58,344 nt of DNA, from the NCBI GenBank assembly GCA_018238625.1, contig JABCSY010000011.1:1-58344 (forward strand). Reading direction: 5' to 3'. Under the pieces are notes generated by a model that searched no databases, was not told the origin of the DNA, and was given only the letters and a program-made list of their open reading frames with translations. How positions within the stretch are numbered: position 1 is the first letter of the stretch; every line of letters begins with the position of its first letter. The position numbers and the translations under genes were made by a program. Shown piece by piece: positions 49,713 through 58,344 of the stretch. The DNA comes from Promethearchaeota archaeon. Lineage in GTDB: Archaea > Asgardarchaeota > Lokiarchaeia > Sigyniarchaeales > SOKP01.

Positions 49713-51113
49713 TTAAGCTCTCAATTTTTCTCTTACGCTTTCAAGTCTTTCTCCATGTAAACCATAGGATTTCATCGCTAGTAAACCAATTACAAGTGCA
49801 ATGCTAGGAAAGACTACCATTATGGCTTTTAGCCCTAATATAACTAAGCTTGGGTCTATAGCGGGAATAAATTGTTTTTCCCAACCCATATTTCCAAACA
49901 TAAAGCCAATAGTTAAAATGACTAAGATTATTGAGATTCGATGAATAAACGCGTTAATTCCATAAAAGCTAGCAGATCGTTTAACTCCAAATTTAACTGC
50001 GTCTTCGTCTATAACATCAGCGTGTAAAATGTCGACGTAAAACAAAGCCCCTGACAATGGAAATCCTTGAAGTGCTACAAGAAGAATAAACGCGATCTGA
50101 AACGCTTCTCCAGTTATAAATAAGAATGGAAACAGCGTACAAATCCAAATTCCTAATGTTATCATGAAAGCTTTTCGCATTCCGTATTTAAAGCCAAGCT
50201 TTTTGTGAATTGGCATGACAAGTGCAGCAATGATAAAAGCTAACATTAGCGATATCCCGACTATAAGCGAGCCACCTCCTGCAAATATAGGACCCCCTAT
50301 AACGTATTCAGCGTAAATAGGAATAATCATAGGTAAAATGCTAAAACAATACCAAACCGCAGTATTTGCTATAACAAATTTTATAAATGTTTTATTTGTC
50401 AATGTAATTTTCATTGATTGAAAAAACGAAGGTCTTTTTTCAAAATCTTCCGTCATTTCTACTTTCTCTTCAATCCCTTTCAAAAGAAACGGTATTGAGA
50501 TTATAAGCGTAAAAACTGCTACGATGATCGCCATCGTAAAATATTGGCTTTTGGCGAGGGGAATTGCCGCGTCTGCTGGAACATAATCGGAAATAAATAT
50601 CATCGGAATAAGTGAGCTTAAAATCAATGCAATTACGGTTAGGCCTTTAATAAATAGGTTAGCAGAAGCTCTCTGTTTCTCAGTTGGGAACATTTCTGGG
50701 AAAATTGCGTTCACATTTACATCAAACATAGTATAGAAGAACTCAAAGATAATAATCGTTGATAAAAAGTAAATAAACTCTAGCATTTTATCGCTTGTAG
50801 TGAAAGGCACGTAGAACATTAAAACCACCGTAATGCATAACGGAATTATCGAAATAAGTAGATAAAACTTTCTTTTTCCCCACTTTCCTCTATGCTTCGT
50901 CCTTTCTGAGAGCGCTCCGAGCATTGGGTCGTTAATTGCGTTCCATATGCCCCAAATGACGTAAGTAATTATCATCAAATCCATAGGTATTAAGACGACT
51001 GTAAAATAGAAGGTAAAAATCAAGAATTGAAAGATTTGGTAAGTAAGCTGATCCGGAAATGCGCTAAGGCCAAAAAGGAACTTTTTCTTAAATGTTAATT
51101 TCTCTTCACTCAT
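49713..51113 (-). CDS. MFS transporter, GPH family
   Basis: IWNAINDP.LG.LSERT...WGKRK, ADVIDED, 12 TMs. Confidence 0.9.
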   Translation of the reverse strand: MSEEKLTFKKKFLFGLSAFPDQLTYQIFQFLIFTFYFTVVLIPMDLMIITYVIWGIWNAINDPMLGALSERTKHRGKWGKRKFYLLISIIPLCITVVLMFYVPFTTSDKMLEFIYFLSTIIIFEFFYTMFDVNVNAIFPEMFPTEKQRASANLFIKGLTVIALILSSLIPMIFISDYVPADAAIPLAKSQYFTMAIIVAVFTLIISIPFLLKGIEEKVEMTEDFEKRPSFFQSMKITLTNKTFIKFVIANTAVWYCFSILPMIIPIYAEYVIGGPIFAGGGSLIVGISLMLAFIIAALVMPIHKKLGFKYGMRKAFMITLGIWICTLFPFLFITGEAFQIAFILLVALQGFPLSGALFYVDILHADVIDEDAVKFGVKRSASFYGINAFIHRISIILVILTIGFMFGNMGWEKQFIPAIDPSLVILGLKAIMVVFPSIALVIGLLAMKSYGLHGERLESVREKLRA

Positions 51114-51358
51114 TATTTTTTATCCCTAAATTGTAATTAAATTTTAATTAAATTTGATTAGATTATATCTTATTTAAAATTATTCAATTATATTATATCT
51201 TACATCTAAGTTTATTTAGAATTAATTTGGTTAAAACCTACAAACGATCGACACCAGATGCTCTTTTTATAAAAAATGAAACAAATATTTTAAAACGTGG
51301 AATTTATCTTATATTACGTATATTAAAAAACTAATTTAAGAAAAAGAGAAAAAAAACT

Positions 51359-52156
51359 ATGAAAATTATTGATATTGAAGGCGTTGGAGAAAAATACGCA
51401 AAGACACTAGGAAAAGCTACTATTGCAAACGTTGAAGACCTAATACCGTTAAAATGGGGCGAAATTAAAGAACTTGCTAAAACTACTAGTATTTCCTTAA
51501 AATTACTCGAAAAATGGCAAGACCAAGCTGAATTGATGGTAATTAAAGGCGTTGGTCCCGAATATTCAGAAGTATTAAATAAAATTGGTATTGATTCTTC
51601 GCGAGAACTTGCCTATCGAAATCCCAAGAATACCTTAGATAAAATTATTGAGTTTGATAAGGAACAACCTAATGTTATTAGAAAAATACCTAAAGTTGAA
51701 GATATTGAAGGTTGGATTAATGAAGCAAAAGATATGTATAATGTGAAGAAAACTAAGACAGCCCCTAAGGAAACCCCAATTATAGAGATTGAGGGAATCG
51801 GTAAAAAATATGGTACAAAAATGGAAACAGCAGGAGTTCTTGACGTTGAGAGTTTAATAGGACTAGACAGAGATGGAATTAAAAAATTAGCAGAAAAAAC
51901 AAAGATTTCAGAAAAATTAATCGATAAGTGGGCAGAACACGCTGATTTGATGAGAATTGGTGGCATAGGTCCTGAATACGCTGAAGTGATTAATGAAATT
52001 GGAATTGATTCAGTTAAAGAATTTGCTCAACGTAACCCTAATAATACTTTAGAGCGCATAATGAAACTAGATAAAGAGAAGCCTGATATGTTTAGAAAAC
52101 CTCCAACGTTAAATATGATCGAAGGTTGGATAGACGAAGCTAAAAAAATCAAATAA
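51359..52156 (+). CDS. DUF4332 helix-hairpin-helix protein, two tandem domains
   Basis: I.IEG.G.KY...L and LM.I.G.GPEY.E....GIDS..E.A.RNP, each present twice. Confidence 0.88.
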   Translation: MKIIDIEGVGEKYAKTLGKATIANVEDLIPLKWGEIKELAKTTSISLKLLEKWQDQAELMVIKGVGPEYSEVLNKIGIDSSRELAYRNPKNTLDKIIEFDKEQPNVIRKIPKVEDIEGWINEAKDMYNVKKTKTAPKETPIIEIEGIGKKYGTKMETAGVLDVESLIGLDRDGIKKLAEKTKISEKLIDKWAEHADLMRIGGIGPEYAEVINEIGIDSVKEFAQRNPNNTLERIMKLDKEKPDMFRKPPTLNMIEGWIDEAKKIK

Positions 52157-52339
52157 CTATTTCTACAATATATTTTTCTTTTTTTGATAAATTAAAAGAA
52201 TTCCCTGATTAGCAACTAGGATTTTTGGTTTTATATAATTTAAACAAGATAAAAAGTATAAAAACTTAAGATTGATATTCTATTAATAAAAACTATAATC
52301 GATTTACTTGTTAAATAATTAATCTTTAAAGTGAAATAA

Positions 52340-53170
52340 ATGGGAATTGATCTAGTAAAATTAAGAGAAGATTTCAAAGGTCCTCACTATTTAATTCCTA
52401 CCTCTGATGGAAAAGAATTATTTTTAAGAGTATGGGAACCTGAAAACCCTTCTAAAATCGCTATTCTTATCTTACATGGGATAACAGCTTATAGTGGACC
52501 ATATGAAATGCTTGGAGTGCCGCTATCTAAGATTGGATATACAGTTTATGGGTTAGATATGCGAGGACACGGATTATCTGATGGTATTAGAGGGGATTAT
52601 CCGAGCGATGAAAGACTCGTTAAGGATCTAGGAGAATCTATTTTATTTTTAAAAGAAAAGCATCCAACATTAATACTATTGGGGCATAGTATAGGTGCAC
52701 TAACAGCACTGATAGCATCAAGCTTTTACTTGAAAGAGATCAGTGGGTTGATTCTAATAAGTGCGGCTAGAGAAGTTAGGCCAAGCGTTTATAAAAAGAT
52801 GTCTATTTCTACTAAGTTGAAAATTCTTTTAAGTTCCATTATAAAACCCAGTAAACCAATTATCTCTTATTATCGTGATGGGATGACAGGATTGAACGAT
52901 CCATTGTATAATTTTAAATATACTCTTCGCTTTATGAAAATTTTAAATGTTAAAAAACTAAATATTCCAGATAAATTTGAAATTCCTATAGCTCTAGGAA
53001 TAGGTGAACATGACGAAATCTTTTCTGTCGAATCTGCTCGTTCTTTCTTTGATGAAATTCCTAGTGAAAATAAAAGATTTATCGTATTACCTAGTGCTAA
53101 ACATGCGGAATTTCCTGAAGGTTCTTGGAGTGAGCTAATTAATTGGCTATCTTCAACATTTAAATTATAA
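52340..53170 (+). CDS. Alpha/beta hydrolase (monoglyceride lipase/lysophospholipase-like)
   Basis: LHGI, DMRGHGLS.G.RG, GHSIG, GEHD, AKH. Confidence 0.88.
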   Translation: MGIDLVKLREDFKGPHYLIPTSDGKELFLRVWEPENPSKIAILILHGITAYSGPYEMLGVPLSKIGYTVYGLDMRGHGLSDGIRGDYPSDERLVKDLGESILFLKEKHPTLILLGHSIGALTALIASSFYLKEISGLILISAAREVRPSVYKKMSISTKLKILLSSIIKPSKPIISYYRDGMTGLNDPLYNFKYTLRFMKILNVKKLNIPDKFEIPIALGIGEHDEIFSVESARSFFDEIPSENKRFIVLPSAKHAEFPEGSWSELINWLSSTFKL

Positions 53171-53203
53171 AATATTTATATTAAAAAATAGAGTTTGTGA
53201 TAT

Positions 53204-53788
53204 ATGGTAGACTTAAATTTAGAAGTTACGTATTTTGAGAAGGGAGGACCAAATAATACCGATAAAGCTTTAGAAATTGCGAAAAGATACGCTGATCAAT
53301 TTGGTATAAAGGATGTTGTTATCGCCAGTACCACAGGAACTACCGCTGAAAAAGCTGCCGAAATCTTTAACCCAAAGGAATATAATGTAATGGTTGTGAC
53401 CCACGCTTATTATTTTGTAAACAGTACAACAAGACAAGAATTCCCAGCGGAAAAATTAAATAGTCTTAAGGAACTTGGCTTAAAACTTCATGTTGGGACG
53501 CATTCAATGAGTGGAATTGAAAGAGGAATACGATTGAAAAAAGAGGCTTGGCAATTTGTTGATTTGTTAGCTAAGATGTTAGGATACCACTTCAGCCAAG
53601 GCGTTAAAGTATGCATAGAGATCTCAGCAACAATCTGCGATGCAGGATTAATCCCCGACCTTGAAAGAGATGTAATCGCAGTTGCAGGTACGGGTAGAGG
53701 TGCTGACACTGTATGTTTAATTAAACCCGCCCCAACTAGCGATTTTAAAAATCTTAGAGTAAAAGCAATTTTAGCTAAACCTCTATGA
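53204..53788 (+). CDS. Stand-alone pyruvate kinase C-terminal-like domain protein
   Basis: YFEK.G..NT, VIASTTG.TA, FSQGVKVC.EI...CDAGLI, AVAGTGRGADT, ILAKP. Confidence 0.85.
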   Translation: MVDLNLEVTYFEKGGPNNTDKALEIAKRYADQFGIKDVVIASTTGTTAEKAAEIFNPKEYNVMVVTHAYYFVNSTTRQEFPAEKLNSLKELGLKLHVGTHSMSGIERGIRLKKEAWQFVDLLAKMLGYHFSQGVKVCIEISATICDAGLIPDLERDVIAVAGTGRGADTVCLIKPAPTSDFKNLRVKAILAKPL

Positions 53789-53912
53789 AAAGACTGAGTC
53801 TAAATTTCTTTCTTTTATTATTTGAACTTTCTGAAGAAATCTAAATCCCTTCACGCAAAATTTATAAGAAAATGGATTACAAAATCTATTAATTAAAATT
53901 ATCTATATAAAA

Positions 53913-55289
53913 ATGATTAAAATGTCGTTAGATATAAATAACGAAGAAATTGAAGTAGAAACTACAACATCTAAGCGTAACGTCTTCTTTTGGTCCATGT
54001 ATGATCTTGCAAACACGATTTATTCCATGATAATTGTTAGCCTAATAATCAATCGTTATGTGCTGGTGATAGGCCAGGTAGAATATGGAATGTCTTATGG
54101 TAGTGCTAGCTTTCTTTTTGGTGTAGTTGCCTTTGTTATGCAAATTGGAATAGCTATTTGTATACCTATTTTAGGAGCGTTCAGTGATAATGTAGGAAAG
54201 CGTAAACCGTTTGTTATAAGCCTAACAGGGATTATCATTCTCTTTGCGGGTTTACTTGGATTTTCCCATGACCTTACATTAGTTTTCTTGTTTTTCATCA
54301 TTGCAAATATCGCTTATCAATTTAGCTTATTGTTTTATGACTCAATGCTTCCATTTATTGCTAAAAGGGAAGATATTGGAAAGGTTGCTGGATTTGGAGT
54401 TGCTTGGGGCTACTTTGGCACGATTATTTCTCTCTTTATCATGTTGCCTTTAATCGCATCGGGTGATATCAATTCTGATCCTGCTAAAGGAGCTATAGTA
54501 TATGGTTATTCCGGTAATTGGTTTACATTTGTTCTACCCATGATTCTATTTTTAGTTTTTGCAATACCATTTCTTTTTGTTCGTGAAAAACAGAAAAAAA
54601 GTAAAAGACCTCCTATAGGTAAATTAATCGGTAATACGTTTAAGCAGTTAGGTAGTACATTTAAAGACATCAGAAAACATAAATCCATGTTGATCTTTAT
54701 TATAGGTTATTTCTTTGTTGCTGACATTGCTAACGTTATAGTTCTATATATGACACCCATTGTTACTGATGGGTTAATTCTTGGAGGTGGATCAACAACA
54801 TGGGCTATACTTTTTATAATAATTGCCACATTTTCGGCAATCATCTTTACGTACTTTATTGGAAAGTTTGGTGAAAAATATGGAGCAAAGAAAACCTTTT
54901 ACCTCGTAGGGGCCTTATGGGGTATTGCATTAACAATTGGGATTGTATTAATATTCACAACCCTATCCATCGAAATTGGTGCGAATCTCCCTTTTATATT
55001 TAGTATTATTATGGGGATGGTAGCGGGTGCAGCTTTGGGTGGAACTTGGACAGCACAACGAATTATGGTAGTAGAACTTGCTCCTAAAGAAAAGTTCGGT
55101 GAATTCTTTGGATTTTCCAAGCTAAGCGGAAAACTCTCTTCAGCATTAGGTCCATTGATTTGGGGCACTGTTATGATAACTTACGATGTAATAGGCAAAG
55201 CGGCGTACGGTTGGGCGATGATATCTGTAGGTATTATATTGGCATTAGGAATTTTTATCTTAAGCTTCGTCCAAAAAGAATCTTCATAA
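53913..55289 (+). CDS. MFS transporter, UMF1/ATG22-like
   Basis: WSMYDLANT, PILGA.SD, FYDSMLP, G.G.AWGY.G, EFFGF....GK.SSALGP. Confidence 0.88.
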   Translation: MIKMSLDINNEEIEVETTTSKRNVFFWSMYDLANTIYSMIIVSLIINRYVLVIGQVEYGMSYGSASFLFGVVAFVMQIGIAICIPILGAFSDNVGKRKPFVISLTGIIILFAGLLGFSHDLTLVFLFFIIANIAYQFSLLFYDSMLPFIAKREDIGKVAGFGVAWGYFGTIISLFIMLPLIASGDINSDPAKGAIVYGYSGNWFTFVLPMILFLVFAIPFLFVREKQKKSKRPPIGKLIGNTFKQLGSTFKDIRKHKSMLIFIIGYFFVADIANVIVLYMTPIVTDGLILGGGSTTWAILFIIIATFSAIIFTYFIGKFGEKYGAKKTFYLVGALWGIALTIGIVLIFTTLSIEIGANLPFIFSIIMGMVAGAALGGTWTAQRIMVVELAPKEKFGEFFGFSKLSGKLSSALGPLIWGTVMITYDVIGKAAYGWAMISVGIILALGIFILSFVQKESS

Positions 55290-55392
55290 AGAAATACTTA
55301 ATCAATTTCCTTTTTTTTCATTTAATTTTATAATAAATATGAAGAGTATTACTTGAGTTTAATATCAAGTTCGCGGCTTGTTCTAAGTTCTG

Positions 55393-56295
55393 TTGAACTT
55401 CAATAATCCAAACTATAAATATTTAAAAATCATTATCTTAAAAGTGAAAAATTTGGATATTAAGAAATTAGATTTTGAGTCGATTTATTTTGACCTATAT
55501 GAGCTCAATACAGGAATTTATGCTGCCATAACAGCTGAAAAATTGCCATCTTCAAACGCAGGTTTTTTTGATCTTGGCAATTATTTAGTTATCTTTGATA
55601 CAATGATGGATCCATACGCAACTGATGACCTAATTAGAGCTTCTAAAGAGTTTACTAAAAAAGATCCTTCTTTCCTTATAAATAGCCATTATCACACGGA
55701 TCATTTATTTGGTAATCGCAAATTTCCAATAGAAACACCAATCATTAGTAGCTCTGAAACTTTATCAACATTTCGTACAAATTTAGAAGAAACTCTTACA
55801 CGGTATAAGGGAATTGCCACTCGAGAATTAAAAAGAATAAAAGAAGAAATAAACAAAGAGACCGAACCAAATAAGATTCTTGAAATGAACAACGATATTA
55901 AAACTTATAACGAAATTCTAGAGCCAACATTTGAATTGAGAGCCCCAGACTTTATTATAAACGATTCTTTTATAATAGAAGGGATAGAGAATAAAGTTTT
56001 GATAAACTTTATTGGAGCCGCTCACTCTCCAGGAGATTTGATTGCTTACTTTGAAAAAGAAAAAATAGTTTTCATGGGAGATCTGCTTTTTGAAGAAACT
56101 GACCCTAGTTGGGTAACATCAACTAATCCCGTACATGTTCCCCCTAATCCTCAACGACTTCGTGACACTTTAATTGATTATATGGAAAAAGACATTGATA
56201 TATATATTCCCGGGCACGGAAGGATCTGCTCAAAAAAAATTCTTCAAGAAAATGCTGAATTCTATGAAGAATACTTTATTAAAAAAACAAATTAA
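55393..56295 (+). CDS. Metallo-beta-lactamase fold hydrolase
   Basis: SNAG, NSHYHTDHLFGN, AHSPGD, MGDL, IPGHG; true start probably slightly downstream. Confidence 0.9.
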   Translation: MNFNNPNYKYLKIIILKVKNLDIKKLDFESIYFDLYELNTGIYAAITAEKLPSSNAGFFDLGNYLVIFDTMMDPYATDDLIRASKEFTKKDPSFLINSHYHTDHLFGNRKFPIETPIISSSETLSTFRTNLEETLTRYKGIATRELKRIKEEINKETEPNKILEMNNDIKTYNEILEPTFELRAPDFIINDSFIIEGIENKVLINFIGAAHSPGDLIAYFEKEKIVFMGDLLFEETDPSWVTSTNPVHVPPNPQRLRDTLIDYMEKDIDIYIPGHGRICSKKILQENAEFYEEYFIKKTN

Positions 56296-56414
56296 GCTCT
56301 AATTTTTAAAATCATTCATTTTTTTTATATATTAATCTTCCAAGCAATAAAAAAAAGCAATACTATGAAATGATATAAAAAGATATAAATGCTAGCTATG
56401 CTACATTAAAATTA

Positions 56415-56945
56415 ATGACTAAATTTATTTTTGATGCTTGTTCACTAATATATTTGACTAAAATTAACTTAAAGGAAAAACTTACTAAATTAGGAGAAGT
56501 TATTGTTAGTCAAACTGTAAAAAATGAATTAATAGAAGAGATTGACCAATTTGAAGATGCTAAGATATTGAATAGAAATATTGAAAATAAAAAAATTAAG
56601 GAGAGTAGCTATAAATTAAAGAATATTTTTACAACAAGTAAAAATTTAGGACAAGGCGAAAAAGATACCATAGAAATAAGCCTAAAAGATGGATGTATTC
56701 TTGTAACTGACGATCATAAAGCTTTAAATCTAGCTTTAAGTATAGGTTTAAAACCTAAAACTTCTGAAGTAATTCTATTAGATCTTCTTAAAAAATCTGT
56801 TATTGATTATGAGAGCTTTACAAAATCATTCGATGAGCTTGCTCTTATTAAAGTATTAAAACCAGAAGTTGTAAAATTCTTCTATAAAAAAGCAAAAGAA
56901 ATTATTAAAAATAATATAAAAAACTCAACGGAGGAAATTAAATGA
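56415..56945 (+). CDS. PIN-domain (DUF3368-like) toxin
   Basis: FDACSLIYL, V.NEL, LGQGE..TI, LVTDD..A. Confidence 0.85.
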   Translation: MTKFIFDACSLIYLTKINLKEKLTKLGEVIVSQTVKNELIEEIDQFEDAKILNRNIENKKIKESSYKLKNIFTTSKNLGQGEKDTIEISLKDGCILVTDDHKALNLALSIGLKPKTSEVILLDLLKKSVIDYESFTKSFDELALIKVLKPEVVKFFYKKAKEIIKNNIKNSTEEIK

Positions 56946-57229
56946 CCAAACAAATGAATTTGAGATTAGATGAAGATTTAATCAAGGAATTTGAGGAGCT
57001 TGCTGAACAAGAAAACTTAGATCGATCAGCACTGGTAAGAAAAATCTTAATTGAAGGATTACAGCAAGAGCGTTTAAATTTTGCTCTCCAAAAATATATG
57101 ATAAAGGAAATCTCCATTGAACGTGCAGCAGAAATTGCTAAAATTCCTTTGCATGATCTCATTCTAAAGATGTCTCAACTTGGTATTCCCTCTAATTTAA
57201 CTATAGAAGACTTTGAGAAAATCTTATGA
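56942..57229 (+). CDS. RHH/UPF0175 antitoxin
   Basis: MNLRLDE....DRSALVR; ISIERAAEIA; ATGA overlap with toxin. Confidence 0.85.
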   Translation: MTKQMNLRLDEDLIKEFEELAEQENLDRSALVRKILIEGLQQERLNFALQKYMIKEISIERAAEIAKIPLHDLILKMSQLGIPSNLTIEDFEKIL

Positions 57230-57430
57230 GATATTGTTCAATGGTGAACTTTTCCTTGCTAAAGGAGAAAAGTTGATGAAAAACCTTTTAAAAAGGAAAA
57301 GGAAATAAAAGAAATTTAAAAACATTTAATCAATTTATTTTTTTTCTAATTGTTATAAATTGTAAAAAATAGTGTTTTATTATGAAATTTTGAAAAAGTA
57401 ATTTAAACCAGAAAGTCTTATTTTTTTCTG

Positions 57431-57802
57431 ATGAAAATTAAACAATTAAATCCTACAGGTTTTAAAAAATTATCAACTGAATTTCAGACCTATATAGAAG
57501 ATAATATAACTGGCAGCGTTCTTTGTGCAATTTACCATCAAGGTAAACTAGTATATTGTAACAAATTTGGGTGGAATGATAAAGAAAATCAGATTCCTAT
57601 TGCATTAGGTGATATCTTCCGAATGTATTCGATGACTAAACCAATTACTTGTTTGGCTGCATTAATTCTTCACGAACAAGGGAAATTTAATTTAGATGAC
57701 CCACTTGAAAAATATCTTCCTGAGTTTAAAAATCTTAAAGTATTGAAATCTTATGACGATCAAACTGGAGAAACTGAATTAGAAGAAATTCAATACGCAT
57801 AA
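57431..57802 (+). pseudogene. Truncated class C beta-lactamase-like serine hydrolase
   Basis: IFRMYSMTKPIT...L.EQGK..LDDPLEKYLPEF, then stop after 123 aa, before the expected LLTHT and YS motifs. Confidence 0.8.
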
Positions 57803-57807
57803 AACAG

Positions 57808-57841
57808 AAAATCGGGACTTAATAACTCCCGATTTTTTTTT
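57808..57841 (+). terminator. Hairpin + U-tract
   Basis: aaaatcggga-N9-tcccgatttt followed by a T run. Confidence 0.6.
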
Positions 57842-58335
57842 CATATCTAAAAACAAAACCCCTATCTCTATCATACTCAGTTGTTGCAATAATATCCTTA
57901 CAATATTTCATATAATCAGTTTTCCAAAATATAACAAATTCATCAATTATTTTTATAATACTGTCCATCTCCATTTGAATAAGTACCTATTTTACCAGAA
58001 TGTTGTTTTCTAAATAAAGCTCTTAACCTTGACCCTTCTGCAAATGATGTAAAATTACTTCTCTCCCATAAAAAAGTATTAAAGTGTTTTTTCCCAGAAA
58101 AAGCATGGTCTATCATATGACCTATCTCATGACTTAAAGCACTTCCTGTATGAGATGCTCCAAGATTAGTTGTTCCTAAATTAAAATCAACACTTACAAG
58201 AAGTCTTCCTGGACTATAATATTCTCTTGCATGCCTTGCATGACCCTGTATTTTTCTCCCATGCAATTGAAGAAAACTTAAAATATCATAAGGACACCAA
58301 TCATATTCTTTAGAACAAATAATAAAAGGATATGA
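57819..58335 (-). pseudogene. Degenerate HExxH zinc metallopeptidase-like gene
   Basis: ALSHEIGHMID; frame lacks an ATG start, has an upstream TAA at 58338, and appears to continue in another frame (IIDEFVIFWKTDYMKYCKD...). Confidence 0.5.
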
Positions 58336-58344
58336 TTATGAAAT

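Noticed and set aside
53913-55289. ATG22 as an autophagy signature
   Set aside because: UMF1/ATG22-like MFS transporters are widespread in prokaryotes.
1-58344. CRISPR array, transposase, integrase, reverse transcriptase/DGR
   Set aside because: No regularly spaced repeats or catalytic motifs seen; the duplicated segments do not show adenine-specific variation.

Overview
AT-rich archaeal chromosome segment, most likely Asgard (Lokiarchaeia-like). This is inferred from eukaryotic-signature proteins (Rag/Arf-like and Rab-like small GTPases, roadblock and longin domains), eL13, an archaeal Ogg and large NosD surface proteins. The left half (1-30 kb) holds a dispersed small-GTPase signalling set: two Rag-like GTPase+roadblock genes, a Zn-ribbon+roadblock gene, three copies of a uDENN/longin-like domain, and a receptor-like membrane protein with a cytoplasmic longin domain. 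Two of the longin copies are fused to GTPases and carry a D-x-x-[AR]-R-G motif resembling the FLCN/SMCR8 arginine finger. The right half is mostly peptide/amino-acid/lipid catabolism and transport. It also contains a CWH43-like protein, a PIN toxin-antitoxin pair, two candidate structured RNAs, two small islets bracketed by diverged duplications, and a CpG-free foreign-looking right end. No rRNA, tRNA, CRISPR array, transposase or integrase was recognised. All calls are by eye from motifs; no searches were run.
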